Origin: Octopus bimaculoides
Taxonomy: Eukaryota
Reading direction: 5' to 3'
NCBI RefSeq assembly: GCF_001194135.2
Contig: NC_068988.1
Location: 51,050,989-51,114,988, forward strand
DNA: 64,000 nucleotides
The position numbers were made by a program, and so were the translations under genes. This document shows, piece by piece, positions 38,701 to 51,218 of this stretch. Under the pieces are notes generated by a model that saw nothing but the letters and a program-made list of their open reading frames with translations, did not search any database and was not told the DNA's origin. Numbering within the stretch: position 1 is the first letter of the stretch; each line of letters begins with the position of its first letter.

Positions 38701-40200
38701 AATAGTATAAATTGTGCAAAAAAAGAAAAAAAAGGCTGAATCGTATCAAACTTTAGTGAATATAAATGACTGGTACAGTTACATTATAGTTTCCAACCTG
38801 CATGGAGTGTAGAGAAAGGTAGAAAAGTAGCTCAGTTATTATATTACATCTCTATTGTAGTTTTATGCTTGATATCAGTGAATACAATCTAGAGAAAATA
38901 ATAACTTTTATGTATATTTTATATTTATATTAAACTTATTTCTGGCAAGATGTCATTCCTCTCAAAGCCAAAGCATTAAAACTTTACAAGATACATACCA
39001 CAAGTGAAGCCACTGTAAAACTATAATACTTATAATCTTGTAGCTATAATTAGAGATTTATTATTTTTGTTTTCTTGTGCTCCTAGACAAAACACATAAC
39101 TCAGTTTTCCTTGGGTAGAACTAGATGGATATTTCTTTTCAGTTGCCTGAGTAAATAATGATAAAATAGAAATTTAGTAATAAATACCCTTGGTATAATA
39201 CTCTAGTTACAAATGTTAACCCTTTCAGTAGCAATCTACCATAGCCTATACCCTGTTCTAATACAAAACTTATTTTAAAGTATTTAAGACCTTCTCAACA
39301 AAATTATTTGAAGACCTGTTTTTCCAAACACCAAATTCTCTCAGAAGTCTTTAGTATTTTCAAAATTAATTGAAACATGCAGGCAGTGTAATTTTGTTAG
39401 AATTATCATCCTGAGATGGTAGAACTAGGGAGAAAGGAAAAAAACAAGAGGTGTTTCTGGTGAAATGCAATATAAATTTAAAGGTTTTATTGTTGTGTTT
39501 GATTTGTATATATAATTGTTGTAAATTAGGGTATTAAGCTAAGCTGAAAGTACTAGAGTTTATGCACTCACACATGTTGCTTGTACTGGTTAATCTATTG
39601 GATAGACTCAGTAATGTGGTATCGATCTACTTTAATGAATTTAGGTTGATCATGTATATATTAACCCAACTGTTTCAGAACATGAATTTCTTATTGGCAT
39701 GAAACATTTCAAAATGAAAGACATGAGGTATTTCATTTTAGCAAAAACAAACAGAAGTTTTGTCAGTGCACACTATTCAAACTCATAAGAAAGCCATTCA
39801 CTATATTTTGTTATGGAGAAAATTTCTCAAAGACAGAAAAGTGTAAAAACACCAAATCAGTTTGCAATGCACCCTAACAAGACTGTTGGATGCATGCATT
39901 TCTGAGTGGTTATCTCTTCTTCAGCAACAGAGATTAGAAAGGTAGATTCTATGAACTGACACGAGAGGCAAGTCCCTCTTATGATATTCCTGTCATCATT
40001 CAGTCACTGGTTGCACTGTGTATTTACACCTATTTCTCTACAGCGAGAAATTTTCTTCATGAGAAAATAGTGAATGGCCTTCCTACCCCAAAACAAATTC
40101 CCCTATATATACATATACATATATATTATAAGGTTTTTAACTTTTAAATTTTCATATTCAAAAGAGACAGAGACTACAAACTCGATATATCGATTTATTC

Positions 40201-40286
40201 ACCACTCTATGTTAACATTTCTGTGCCAAACTTATCCAGTGACTGGTCCATTGGATTTTGACATTTGGCACTTCTTCAGGAATGGT
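40201..40286 (-). ncRNA. Type I hammerhead ribozyme motif (family P2), inverted copy
   Basis: Reverse complement of 40429-40514, with one substitution in the stem II loop. Confidence 0.8.
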
Positions 40287-40428
40287 TACCATCGGAACAA
40301 GACATGAAAAAACACATACATAACGATCATTAAATTATTAAAATCCCGTTGAAAGATGAACTGTAACGGGATTTTAATAATTTAATGATCGTTATGTATG
40401 TGTTTTTTCGTGTTTTGTTCCGATGGTA

Positions 40429-40514
40429 ACCATTCCTGAAGAAGTGCCAAATGTCAAAATTCAATGGACCAGTCACTGGATAAGTTTGGCACAGAAATGT
40501 TAACATAGAGTGGT
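40429..40514 (+). ncRNA. Type I hammerhead ribozyme motif (family P2) with palindromic stem III loop
   Basis: ACCATTC-CTGAAGA (40436-40442)-A-GTGCCAAA...TTTGGCAC-A-GAAA (40494-40497)-T-GTTAAC-A-TA-GAGTGGT. Stem I has 7 bp including one G-U, stem II has 8 bp, loop III is the palindrome GTTAAC, and the cleavage triplet is AUA. There is an extra A on each side of stem II. Confidence 0.8.
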
Positions 40515-40707
40515 GAATAAATCGATATATCGAGTTTGAAGTCTCTGTCTCTTTTGAATATGAAAATTTAAAAGTTAAAAACCTTATAATATAAATATAA
40601 ACTGTGAGAACGACCCTTAAGGAATCTAGTTAATGATCCCCTAAGGTAAGTTCTTATGCTATATTGGTAACGGTTGCTACNNNNNNNNNNNNNNNNNNNN
40701 NNNNNNN

Positions 40708-40742
<35 letters not shown>

Positions 40743-40746
40743 TATA

Positions 40747-40990
40747 CAGTAATACCTCACTTTATGAGGACCCACTTTACGAGACCCTGGGTTTATGAGT
40801 TTTATCTTATAATAAATATACAAAGGTTAAACAGCCTTTTTGTGTGTGTGACAATGTCGCAACATGTGGTAACACTGGTTCTGATGCTTCAATCACAGTG
40901 ACAAACTCACCAATGAAGACCTTATTGCAATGCAGGAGCAGGCAACAAGTCTTAGTAAGAAAGTAGACAAATCACAAAACCCTTCAGGTA
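40747..40990 (+). mobile_element. Possible pogo/Tigger-like DNA transposon end
   Basis: TA followed by CAGTAATACCTCACTTTATGAG resembles Tigger-type TIRs. The other end was not located. Confidence 0.4.
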
Positions 40991-41109
40991 GATGACCCTG
41001 CTCGATCTGTAGAAAAGGCGTAGGTAGAAACTCCTAGGATACTCCTAGTGTAAGCTTTGGACACATTAAAGGTGCAGCAATATCAGAGGGAAGTTAACGG
41101 GGAAAATCG

Positions 41110-41735
41110 CTTTTGTGTGTGGAAGATGCTCAAGTACAATAAACACCAAAAATATACAGAAAATAGACTCCATCAACTGCCATTGGGGTAAACTAGAGGT
41201 AGTAGATAGTTTCCGTTATCTAGGTGACCAAGTGAGTTGTGGAGGTGGATGCGCCGAGTGCATAGCTGTGAGAATAAGATTAAGCTGGGCAAAGTTCAGA
41301 GAGCTCCTTCCTCTGCTGGCAACAAAAGGCCTCTCTCTCGGAGTGAAACGCAGATTGTATGGTGCATGTGTGCGAACAGCTACGTTAGATGGCAACGAAA
41401 CCTGGGCTGTGACAGCCGAGGACATGCATAGGCTTGAAAGAAATGAAGCTGGTATGCTCCACTGAATGTGTAATGTCAGTATGCATGTTTGACACAATGT
41501 AAGCATCTTGAGAGAAAAGATGGGAATAAGAGGTCTCAGATGTGGTGTTCAAGAGAGACAACTGTACTGGTATGGCCATGTGATGCATATGGACAAGGAC
41601 AGCTCTGTAAAGAAGTGCCAATCTCTACCTGTGGAGGGAACCCGTGGTAGAGGTAGACCCTGAAAGACATGGGACAAGGTGATGAAGCATGATCTTCGAA
41701 CTTTGGGCCTCCAGAGGCAATGACTAGTGACTGAG
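41110..41735 (+). mobile_element. RTE LINE C-terminal fragment
   Basis: LEVVDSFRYLGDQVSCGGGC...RIRLSWAKFRELLPLL...LYGACVRTATLDGNETWAVTAEDMHRLERNE. Confidence 0.88.
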
Positions 41736-41802
41736 ATATTTTCTCCATGAGAAAATACAGTAAATGGCTTTTCTACCCCCAAAACAAATCCCCCTATATA
41801 AA

Positions 41803-41848
<46 letters not shown>

Positions 41849-43779
41849 NNNNNNNNNNTGATGATGATGATGATACCTATACCTATATGTGTGCACACAC
41901 ATATACACCCAAAACAGGCTTCTCTATCAAATTCACTCACTAGGCAATTGCCAGGTCAGGGTCATAGTAGAAGACACTTGCCCAAGTTGTTGCATAGTAG
42001 AATTGAAGTCAAAACCATGTGGTTGTGAAGCAAACTTCTTAACCACACAACTATGGTTGCATCTATATGAGCACAGCAAAACAAAAAACACTTTGCACAT
42101 TTTCTGTTCTACAAGAATCTGAACCAAGGAAATCAACCAAATTGACTACAAAAAGATTTGCTCTATAAAGCTGTATTTAAAATGTAAGGCATTTGATTGT
42201 CATTCATTGCTCCACATCAGTGAAAAGATATGACATATGTCAATGAGATTAATAACAGGAAAAGTCAATCTCAGCAAACATGCTGTCTTGGAATTCCATT
42301 AGCTGTTCAAAAGAGACTATTCATATTAAATTATTTAATAATCAATGTTATAAGATTACAAGACAGCAAAATTTCTTGCACCAGTTCCGTTGTTTACTAA
42401 TTGAAGTTGGCAAGACAAAGACTGCTAACAGCCAACCAATTCCATTATTAAATATTAAAACATTATTGGAAGGTCAATATTTGAATGGCACTAAATTAGG
42501 AATAGGCTTCGTGATATGTCAATGCAGTTGCCAGAACCTCTACACAGTTGATTGTTCTGCTAGGAATAGCAGTCAATTTTCTTTGAAATCATCTACCACT
42601 TTACAAATAAACTCGTGAGTTAATGTGGTCCTAGGTATATTGCACCTAGAAAAAGATAGAACTTTGAAAGCTGGAATACCTTTGGTTATGCACACTTGTT
42701 CAATCAGATCTGATCTGAGACTAAACAGCAAGAACCGTCAGGCATGACATTTAAAATCCTACTTGAAAAGAACACTCTGTGTTTATCTGTTAGATACCTT
42801 AGTAAAATTCCAAGTGTCAGATAAAGAGTGATTTTGCTCAAAAGAGGAAATAAGGGAATGTGCAAAGCACTGCAACAAGTTGTATTGTCAATAGTTTGCA
42901 AATATCATCTCACCTGGTTGTCGTTGTGCAAGTTTTGCAGACATTCAAACCAACTTTTCCAGTGTCAATTGAAAGGACAATGTTCAAGACTGAAGTAGGA
43001 CCAACACAGTTAGTTGTGAGAGACATCTTAACAGATGAAGAAGCACTGGTTACCCCTACTGTGTTTCATGGTTCAGGACCTTACATTAACCACTTCACTC
43101 AATCTGCCTTTTCAGAATGTCATCTCCCTTCTAATCTTTGTTTTTTCCCATAGGCATTGACTTTTGAAGTTGAATATAAATTGCTTCAGTCTCAGTAGGC
43201 ATACGAAAGGTATGAGTGTAGCCACTTCCTTCTCATGAAGTCATTTGAAAAAAAAGGTTCTGTTTGAACTTGGATTCATGGAGCATTGTGTCACTAAGAT
43301 TCAACTACCATGACTCAAATAATGCTACAATTTGTTTCTCTGAAGCCCACCGAGTGTTGCACTCATTTTCATCCCAAGACTTTTGCATTTTTTTCTCTCT
43401 TCATCCACTTTATTCGCATAGTATTGGCTTCAACAGGTCTCACGGCAATGGGATCAATTATGTCTTTTACCAATGTCCTAACATTATCAATTGTTTTTTG
43501 ATCTTTGTGTTATAGATGTAGCATGTGTGTGTGGTGGCAAAAGTGTAGAATTCATCAATAAACTCCTTCCCCCCACCTCTCTCTTTCTCACACATACCTT
43601 CTTAGCCAGCCAGTTATGATATGAAATGAGCTTGTAGTTATGTCGTCAGGTAATGGTCAACATGCTGTTAAAAGTTGCAGTGTTTCTTAGTCCAGGGATG
43701 TGGATAAGCGGTTTAGGCAATATACTGCTAACCTAGTGGATTCTTTCAATCACTACTATTAAAACAGTTTTATCTTAGC

Positions 43780-43828
<49 letters not shown>

Positions 43829-45463
43829 ACACACACACCCTCCTCATCATGTGTCCTTTCCAAATTTGAGATGAGGGGTTGTAATTTGAGGGAAATTTGA
43901 CTGCTATTTCTAGCAGGTTGAGCCACCATGCCAGTACTATTATTGGCTTAAAGTAAACTTGGTTGTTTAATTCCAGGTCAACTCTTATTGGGTAGATTAT
44001 GATGAAAGGCATGCTAGTCATAAACCTTGTTTTCATTACATTATTTTCCCTCTTGTTAGGATCTATGTTGTCCATTATATTCTTTAAGGCAGTGTGATGT
44101 GATTTGTAACAAATTTGGCTGCTATTTCCAGCAAACATCTAGAGGCTCCCTTATTCAACATCATATCCAGTTAAAAATGACTGTTCCTTCTCACATACAC
44201 ACACATACACATACATTTTCTATTTCATTCTTTCAGAAAAGTAATTGTTGAAAGAGGTGGGGATCAGGTACGAATTACTTTTATTTCATTACTTCAGAGA
44301 GGTGGTATGTCTGTGTAAGAATTAATTAGAAATGGTGTAATAGATGGTTGGAGGAAGAGTTAGTAGCACTTTGGTTGCATATGTAGATATAATTACTTAA
44401 GCTGTGAGGATTACAATGTTTTTCCAGCCCAGCTGAGAAGCTGTTACATTGATCTGTGTAATTCGATAGTATTGTCAAAAATGTATTTGTTGGATGATAT
44501 CTGTTTTTAAGCTTGTGTCACATAAATCTTAGTTTTGGCTTATTTATAGAACTTTTATTCAAAAAGATGATGTAATAGTAAATATAACATTTCAACTGAA
44601 CAGGTCAGATGACTAAAGAACTGTCAAAAGGTAGATATAGAGAGAGCAAAAACAATTATTATTGTAGTATTGATGATGATAACGGAAATGACAACGTGTT
44701 TACAATTCATAACAACTGTCACACCAGGCAAATCAACTCTACAAGGTAGACTAAACAAATAGTGTGACTAAAAACCTTTCCACAGTATTAAAGCTTAAGA
44801 AATAGAGTAAGATTCATTTGAAAATAATAATGTTAGTTTTTACCTAGATATATGAAATACTGGAAGCTGGCTGCATATTGCATATAAAGGATTTTACATA
44901 TCAATTATTCCTTTCTATTATAAGCACAAGGCCTGAAATTTCGGAGGTGGCCAGTTAATCAGATCAAATCCAGTACACAACTGGTACTTATCTACCCCCA
45001 AAAGGATGAAAGGCACTGTCGACCTCGGTGGAATTTGAACTCTGAACATAACAGCAGATGAAATACCACGAAGCATTTCGCCTGACGTGGTAACGAGTCT
45101 GCCAGCTTGCCACCTTGGTTTTACATATTAGTTATATAAACCATAGACTTCTTTTTTATATCATGTACTTTGGACCAATTTACAAATATATATTTAATCT
45201 TTTTTTATGGTGGTAATCAGATATATCCACTCAAAATTTCATTACTCTTAACTGCAGAAGCAGTTTTATGTACCAGTCTATCTTTTGTTGAGTAATGTCA
45301 ACTTTGAAACTAATTTTTGTTGAGATGTGTCAAGTTTATTGAGTCAGTTGAAAATACTAATTCTGTCTTTTATGAGATATTTAATATGAAATTTAGTTTT
45401 GCAGTTAAATGGTTAAAGACCTACTCTCGAATCACTCAAGTTATATATATATATATATATATA

Positions 45464-45821
45464 TTATTCTTTTATTTGTTTGTCATTTGACTGCAGCCAT
45501 GCTGGAGCACCACCTTTAGTCAAACAAATCAACCCCAGTACTTATTCTATCGGTATCTTTTGTCGACCCGATAAGCTATGGGGCCGTAAACACACCAACA
45601 TCGGTTGTCAAGCGATGGTGGGAGAACAAACACAGACACACAAACATATACATATACATACAGGCTTCTTTCAGTTTACGTCTACCAAATCCACTCACTT
45701 AGCTTTGGTCAGCCTGAGGCTATAGTAGAAGACACTTGCCCAAGGTGCCACACAGTGGGACTGAACCCGGAACCATGTGGTTTATAAGCAAGCTACTTAC
45801 CCCACAGCCACTCTTACGCCT
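45464..45821 (-). mobile_element. tRNA-head SINE family A
   Basis: The reverse complement aligns with 59583-59983. Confidence 0.85.
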
Positions 45822-48219
45822 ATAAATAAATATATATATATATATATAGTAAGTTTAAAGCTCTTTGCTCTAAATTTTTATTGAAGTGGCTCTTTTTCAT
45901 TTAGAGTTGTCAGTTTTTTTCTTCTTCTCGAGACTAAAATAACTACAGTGCAGAAGGCTTCAGTTAATATCACACTCTTTTCACAATTTATACTGTCAGC
46001 ATTATAATAAATAGACTGCTTCCTCTATCTTGGTTCTTCTATATATATATATTGTTTTTACATCCATTTGTCCATGTTAGGATGGTTTTGATGAGTACAT
46101 CCTTATGTATGTATTATTGATTAGTGCTTTGCTTTTCCATCTAAAACAGCAGCTATATCAGTAGGTGCTAATTAGTCAGGTTTTTGATTAAATCAAACTG
46201 GGTTTGATAGTTAGCATCATTTATCAGTTTGCAGTAAGTGTTTCTATTTAGAGATAAGTCTAGTGTGAAATAAGTATGTGCTTAAATTTTTTATTTATGC
46301 TTTAAGCAGAAGAGGATCGCATTGCTACTATTCTTTCTTTCACCTAATGGCTGTGTTTGACACTTTACATACAACATTAAAGGAACGACTTACACATGTT
46401 ATATCAACAATAGTTAGCAGTATGTATTTAAATAATTATTTTTATTATTTAGACAAGAGGGAAAGTAGTGCCCATAACCCTTCACAGAGCTCTGCTAAAG
46501 GTTCTCAAGGTATCAAATTGTGGTGTTATGTTATTCATTTGTTTTCATGTCTGTTTTTCCATGCCAGCTTGGGTTAGATGAACATGATATTGTTTATATT
46601 ATTATACATTTACCCTTCCCCCTACTCAAAATATCAGACAAATACTTGAGTCAGTGGCATCAACTAACCTTCCCTTCAAAGTTGCTGCCTCAGTCTTTGT
46701 GCTTGTCCCCCACCACCACTTACAACTGGTGTTGGTTTGTTTACATCCCTACAGCATAGCAGTTTGGTGTTTAGCAAAAGAGACAAATAAAAAAAGTATC
46801 ATACTTAAAAATAATAAGTACTGGGGGGGGGGGCGACTTGTTGGGCTAAACCTTTTGAGGTGATGCTTCAGCATGGCTGCTGTCCACTAAAACAAGTAAA
46901 AAGATAAAAAATAATAAAAAGATGTTTGTGATTAAACAAGATCTGGTTGCTGGCTCAAATATAATCATGTATTTTTCTATACTATTTTCTATCATTCATA
47001 TGACATAGTCCAATCCCCACTGACTGTTTAATAGAATACTTTACATTTCATTTCATTTTCTGGTTAAAAGCAATTATTGTTTAATGTAAATCACAGGGTG
47101 ATAGTTCAGATCCAGTTTGAAGTTCAATTTTCGGTATTGTATTTATGAAAAGAATTTTTTTTCTCCTTTAATCCGTTTAAATCAGCACGTTATTAAAGCA
47201 TAGTGTGAAGGTTAAAATATAGTTAAAGTATATTCTACATTGTTGTTTCATTCCTCCCGCTCCACAGATCACCATCATCTGTGAAGACATGTTTCTTTTG
47301 AATCTTTTAGTTAAGAGGAAAAACAGTGCCTATAACTTTTCACGGTCTTTGCAAAATTAGTGGAACAAAGAAATCCTCAAGATGGAAACCTGGCTCAAAT
47401 GCTTGTGCCAGAGTAGACTTTGCTAAAGATACTCTAGGTGGTGGTGGTGGTGTTTTGTTGCTCTACCCTAAAAATAAATGAAACTCTTCTTCCAAATGAT
47501 AGGAAAAGGAAGATGGCATGTGTGATTTATTCAAAATTAATGAAAAGAAATTGTTAGGCTGCATTAGTGTGAATCAGGAATTCAAAATATGAAGGCATTT
47601 CTGACAATAAGTAAATAAATAACCTAAGTCTATTGGTTGGTAATGCGACCTGGCTTCATAGAGAAATTTGGTAGAAAAAAAAATAACTCTGCTGCGCAGC
47701 AGATGCTGATTTAATCTGTATCAAGAGAAATGGCACCAGTTTAAATAGACATCCCTGATGAAAACCATTTATGTATTTTTTTCATACAATACTAAATTCT
47801 TCAAATTCATTTGGCTTACTTATTGTGCTTTGAGACAAATGAAAAGAAACTGTTAGAAACAAAAAGGGATAAACTTCCTTTTGGTTCATGTTCTTTGATT
47901 TCCAACTTATTTCTGAAGGGATTTATATCATGCCCACATGTATGATGTTTATATTTAGGGATAATATATTCGCCAAATATATAAAAATTAGTGAGGCAAT
48001 TTCTTCTCAGTCCCTCAGCTTGCTAGAAAAAGCAGTCAAACCTGTCTCATATCACACCATACCATCTAAGCGAAAATGTGATATTTCATAATGTAGTTCT
48101 AGATAAAAATGATGTGGTCATGAATAGAATTCTTTTGATTATAATTCTGATCAATTTAGAGCCTGACTTTAAACTATAAAAAAACAGCATGAACTGTATA
48201 TATTGGAAATGCCATTATG

Positions 48220-49820
48220 AAAGGCTGCTGAATGTGGAGAATGAATGGGAAGAGGAGAGCCTGCCCAGTTGAGGGACCAGCTACCTGAATCGATAACACC
48301 CTGGTAGATAAAGCAATCAAGGATATGAAGTCCGGAAAAGCCCCCAACCCATCAGAAATCACTGCTGAGATGCTTAAGATAGCTGGTGGTGTGGGTTATC
48401 GTCTAGTCACCCATATTGTAAATTAGGTAGTTCAAGAAAGAGTCATACCCAATGACTGGTGTAGCAACACCATAGTCAACTGCTACAAAGGTAAAGGTAA
48501 TTGCTTTAGATAGAAATAACTACAGGGATATCTGACTGCTGAATCAAGTGATGAAGGTCATGAAGAGGGTCATAGCCCAACTAATTAGGGAGAGAGTCAG
48601 CCTAGATGAGATGCAGTTCAGTTTTGTGCCAGGTAGAAGCACCACTGATGCTATATTTCTGGTAAGGCAACTGCAGGAGAAATACTTAGCCAAAGATAAA
48701 CCCCTATACTTAGCTTTTGTTGACTTGGAGAAAGCCTTTGACAAAGTCCCCTGATCCCTTATCTGGTGGGCGATGCAGAAACTAGGGACAGATGAGTGGT
48801 TGGTAAGAGCTAACAGGAATGCTGTCAGTTAGGTAAGGGTCGGCAATGAGTATAGTGAAGAATTCCAAGTAGAAGTAAGGGTTCACTAAGGATCAGTCCT
48901 CAGCCCCCTCTTATTCATCATAGTCCTCCAGGCAATAACAGCTCCTGTATGCTGATGACCTTGCTCTCATAGCTGAATCACTACCAGAACTAGAGAAGAA
49001 ATTTCAGGTGTGGAAGCAAGGTTTAGAAATGAAGGGCATTAGAATCAATGTAGCAAAAACCGAAGTCCTAGTGAAACATGGGCCATGACTGTTGAGGACA
49101 TACGTAGGCTTGAAAGAAATGAAGCTAGTATGATTCTCTGGATATGTAATGTCAGTGTGCATACACAACAGTAAGTACCCTGAGAGAAATGTTGGACATA
49201 AGAAGCATCAAATGTGATGTGCAAGAGAGATAACTGCACTGATATGGTCATGTATTGCGTATGGATGAGGAGACGTGTGAAGAAGTATCACTCCATAACA
49301 GTGGAACGAACTTGTGGAAGAGGGAGACCCAGGAAGACATGGGATGAGGTGGTGAAGCACAACCTTTGAACTTTGGGCCTCACAGAGGCAATAAGAGACT
49401 AAGACCTCTGGAGATATGCTGTGATTGAGAAGACCTGGCAAGTAAAGTGAGATCACAGCTGTAGCCTATACCAGTGTCGCATGACCAGACCATTTAAAAA
49501 GTACCTTTGAATCGTCGGGTGACACACCGTGCTTGAGGGGACCTATTGAGTCAAGTAAAATCAAAATCAGAATCTCAATGAAATCAAAATCAAAATGGAA
49601 ATTGTAGTTGTGGCCGATGCCAGTGCTGTGTGACTGGCTCCTGTGCCGGTAAAAAGCATGCACTACACTCTCAGAGTGGTTGGCGTTAAGAAGAGCATCC
49701 AGTTGAAAAAGCCTTGCCAGATCAATTGGAGCCTGGTGCAGCCTCCTGGTTTGCCAGTCGCCAGTCAAACCGTCCAACCCATGCCAGCATGGAAAACGGA
49801 CACTAAGCGGTGATGATGAT
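48220..49820 (+). mobile_element. RTE LINE, multiply deleted, with RT domain remnants and 3' UTR
   Basis: MQFSFVPGRSTTDAIFLVRQLQEKYLAKDKPLYLAFVDLEKAFDKVP and LYADDL, plus the 3' UTR ending in (GAT)n. Confidence 0.92.
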
Positions 49821-50121
49821 ATATATAATGAGGTAGTGAGTTCGATTCCCGGACCAAGCTGTGTTGTATTCTTGAGCAAGACACTGTATTTCATGTTGCT
49901 CCAGTTCACTCAGCTGTAGAAATGAGTTGCAACGTCACTGGTGCTAAGCTGTATCAGCTTTTGCCTTTCCCTTTGATAACATTGGTGACATGGAGAGGGA
50001 ACGCTGTTATGCATGGGCGACTGTTGGTTTCCTATAAACAAATTTGCTCAGGCTTGTACCTTGGAGAGGAACTTTCTAGGTGCAATCCCATGGTCATTCA
50101 TAATCAAAGGGGGTCTTTATC

Positions 50122-50164
<43 letters not shown>

Positions 50165-50477
50165 GTGTGTATATTGTGAAGAGCATCCTGTAAACATAAG
50201 ATTATTCTGAAATGAAACAAAGCTAGATAATGAAAGTATATTATTCCATTGCTTCTATTCCCTTGAAGTCCACAAATTAAAATCTTGGATAAAAATTGAA
50301 ATTAATTCTATTTTGTTATATGGCAATGATCTTGTCTTTGGGAAAGCAGAAGGAATCAAAACAATATGTATTTGATTTTATGGCACATATGAAATTGTGA
50401 AAGTTCTCTTATTTAATAATTTTTTTTTTCCCCTATTAATAATGCTTAATTGATCTTGGGTTGGGTGCTTCTAATTC

Positions 50478-50509
50478 TACTAACTACCACCTCCCTGTTT
50501 TATTTCTAG
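50478..50509 (+). promoter_or_regulatory. Branch point (TACTAAC), polypyrimidine tract and 3' splice site of intron 1
   Basis: A perfect TACTAAC consensus lies 26-32 nt upstream of the exon 2 start. Confidence 0.8.
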
Positions 50510-50658
50510 ACGGAGTCGTTCGAATGTATGTACCACATGCTTGACTGTCTCCGGTTTTTTAGTCTTGGTAGCTTGTCTTGTTGCCTGTGGAACTCTGCTT
50601 TGGATGCATTTTGCACTACGGAAAAATTTGGACTACTTTCAGAAAAAATTAGAAACAG
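50510..50658 (+). CDS. EFCAB14: EFCAB14-like coding exon 2 (transmembrane helix and start of coiled coil)
   Basis: TACTAAC branch point at 50478-50484, pyrimidine tract, and acceptor TTTCTAG ending at 50509. It joins exon 1 in frame (AA+A = Lys) and reads RSRSNVCTTCLTVSGFLVLVACLVACGTLLWMHFALRKNLDYFQKKLET. The recalled human sequence is CCKICYPLCGFVILAACVVACVGLVWMQVALKEDLDALKEKF. The donor G|GTAAAG is at 50659 (phase 1). Confidence 0.9.
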
Positions 50659-51080
50659 GTAAAGTTTGTCTTTTACCAAATCTGCCACCTCAGCGATACA
50701 CTTTTCTTCCTCATTAACAGCATGCTTTCTTTCTAACTGCACACTTTGTATGCTTTTACTTGTTTTTCAAACATTCCGTTGGGTATTTTTGTTTTTTTTT
50801 TGTTTCTATTTTCGTTTTTGTAACACTTGTTACTGTTGTTTATCTTAACTATAGCACTATTTCAGAAGAAAATAAGTGAAGTATGTGATTCGAACATATT
50901 TTTGTTGAATTTTCAGAAACAAAAAAAAGAATAATGGTGTTAATTTAAACTTTTATTTTACATCGTCTCTCTCTCTCTCTCTCTCTCTGTATGTATTTTT
51001 TTTTATGTTCCTTTATAATAAAAACAGTTTTACACTAATCTGATGGGTTACTCTATACATTTTTGTTAATTACAAATCTT

Positions 51081-51218
51081 TTATTCTTAAACAAGAATGT
51101 TGTTAACAGTGACTTTGAAGTTTTGGCCAGCTAAGCCATTGTCTGACTGTAGTCTGATGATGGCTTAGCAGGCCAAAATTTTGAAGCCAATGTCAACAAC
51201 ATTCTTGTTTAAGAATAA
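51081..51218. repeat. Inverted dyad of decayed minimal hammerhead units (family P3)
   Basis: The arms of about 68 nt meet at GACT-GT-AGTC. The right arm reads AGT-CTGATGA (51154-51160)-T-GGC TTAGCAG GCC-AAAA-TTTTGAAG-CC-AATGTC. The left arm on the minus strand reads ACAGT-CAGACAA-T-GGC TTAGCTG GCC-AAAA-CTTCAAAG-TC-ACTGT. Most differences from the consensus are CpG transitions. A (TA)n tract follows. Confidence 0.75.

Larger units (their letters stand above)
40123..40592. repeat. Near-perfect palindrome (arms of about 228 bp, 14-nt spacer) made of two head-to-head hammerhead-bearing PLE-type 3' ends
   Basis: Left arm about 40123-40350, spacer GAAAGATGAACTGT at 40351-40364, right arm about 40365-40592. 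I found 4 mismatches by eye. Confidence 0.92.

Noticed and set aside
37995-39240. TTAACCCTTT motifs suggesting piggyBac-type termini
   Set aside because: No matching opposite terminus could be paired with confidence.
42240-43500. Microsatellite-free island that might be a decayed coding or viral sequence
   Set aside because: Manual translation of the minus strand gave frequent stops and no motif I could assign. A tBLASTx or HMM search would be needed.
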